From Sphingomonadales bacterium (GTDB taxonomy: Bacteria > Pseudomonadota > Alphaproteobacteria > Sphingomonadales > Sphingomonadaceae), in the NCBI GenBank assembly GCA_043765635.1, contig JAYUIX010000160.1, forward strand, positions 641-64,640: a stretch of 64,000 nt of DNA, in the 5' to 3' direction. The notes beneath the pieces were generated by a model, which had not been told where the DNA came from, searched no databases, and saw nothing but the letters and a program-made list of their open reading frames with translations. Shown in pieces: positions 63,910-64,000 of this stretch. The position numbers were made by a program, and so were the translations under genes. Within the stretch, counting starts at the first letter, position 1. Each line of letters begins with the position of its first letter.

Positions 63910-64000
63910 ATGGCGATGGGGCCACGCCTTGATTTAAGGCAAAGCCAGTCGCTGGTGATGACGCCGCAATTGCAGCAGGCGATCAAGCTGCTCGCACTAT
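63910..64000 (+). CDS. rpoN: RNA polymerase sigma-54, N-terminal fragment (continues past the window)
   Basis: MAMGPRLDLRQSQSLVMTPQLQQAIKLLAL is the conserved sigma-54 region I. It follows lptB, as is usual. Confidence 0.8.
   Translation, partial: MAMGPRLDLRQSQSLVMTPQLQQAIKLLAL

Overview
This is a chromosomal window from an alphaproteobacterium, probably Sphingomonadales. Supporting markers are a PhyR-NepR-EcfG general stress response (GSR) module, class I lysyl-tRNA synthetase, a PEP-CTERM cargo protein, a GAAC-N7-GAAC SOS box and lptC-lptA-lptB-rpoN. I can support about 75 protein genes. Most are housekeeping blocks: aroA-cmk-rpsA-ihfB; rpmF-plsX-fabH-ihfA-merR; lptCAB-rpoN; lysK; pepP; ptrB. 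There are also three tRNA genes, three type II toxin-antitoxin modules (one of them an orphan antitoxin), DNA-repair pairs and a few small accessory insertions. No CRISPR array, transposase, integrase or prophage genes were seen. Main observations: (1) A tRNA-Leu(UAA) gene is interrupted in its anticodon loop by a 231-nt group I intron whose core matches the Azoarcus and cyanobacterial tRNA introns; routine annotation would miss it. (2) Five perfect GGAAC-N16-CGTT (EcfG-type) promoter motifs, plus two 8/9 matches, all lie in intergenic DNA. They sit in front of phyR, dps(-nepR-ecfG), a GSP26-like gene that heads an exonuclease/ATP-dependent-ligase/GST operon, and a glsB-like/LEA-like lipoprotein pair. 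(3) Two of these motifs face each other in a 390-nt ORF-poor gap between crp/fnr and a PLD-like gene, and predict two short terminated transcripts with CCUCC-type motifs (candidate GSR-controlled sRNAs). (4) An alphaproteobacterial SOS box sits immediately upstream of the radical-SAM/DUF4130 putative DNA-repair pair. (5) An islet at the ptrB 3' end is bounded by a 33-bp duplication of the ptrB terminus. It carries a REP-like palindrome, an orphan HigA, a signal-less trypsin-like protease and a HigBA module. (6) An uncharacterised divergent cassette (ATP-grasp + nucleotidyltransferase / class-V-like PLP enzyme) has a 19-bp perfect palindrome in its control region. All functional calls come from motif recognition by eye; no database search was run.
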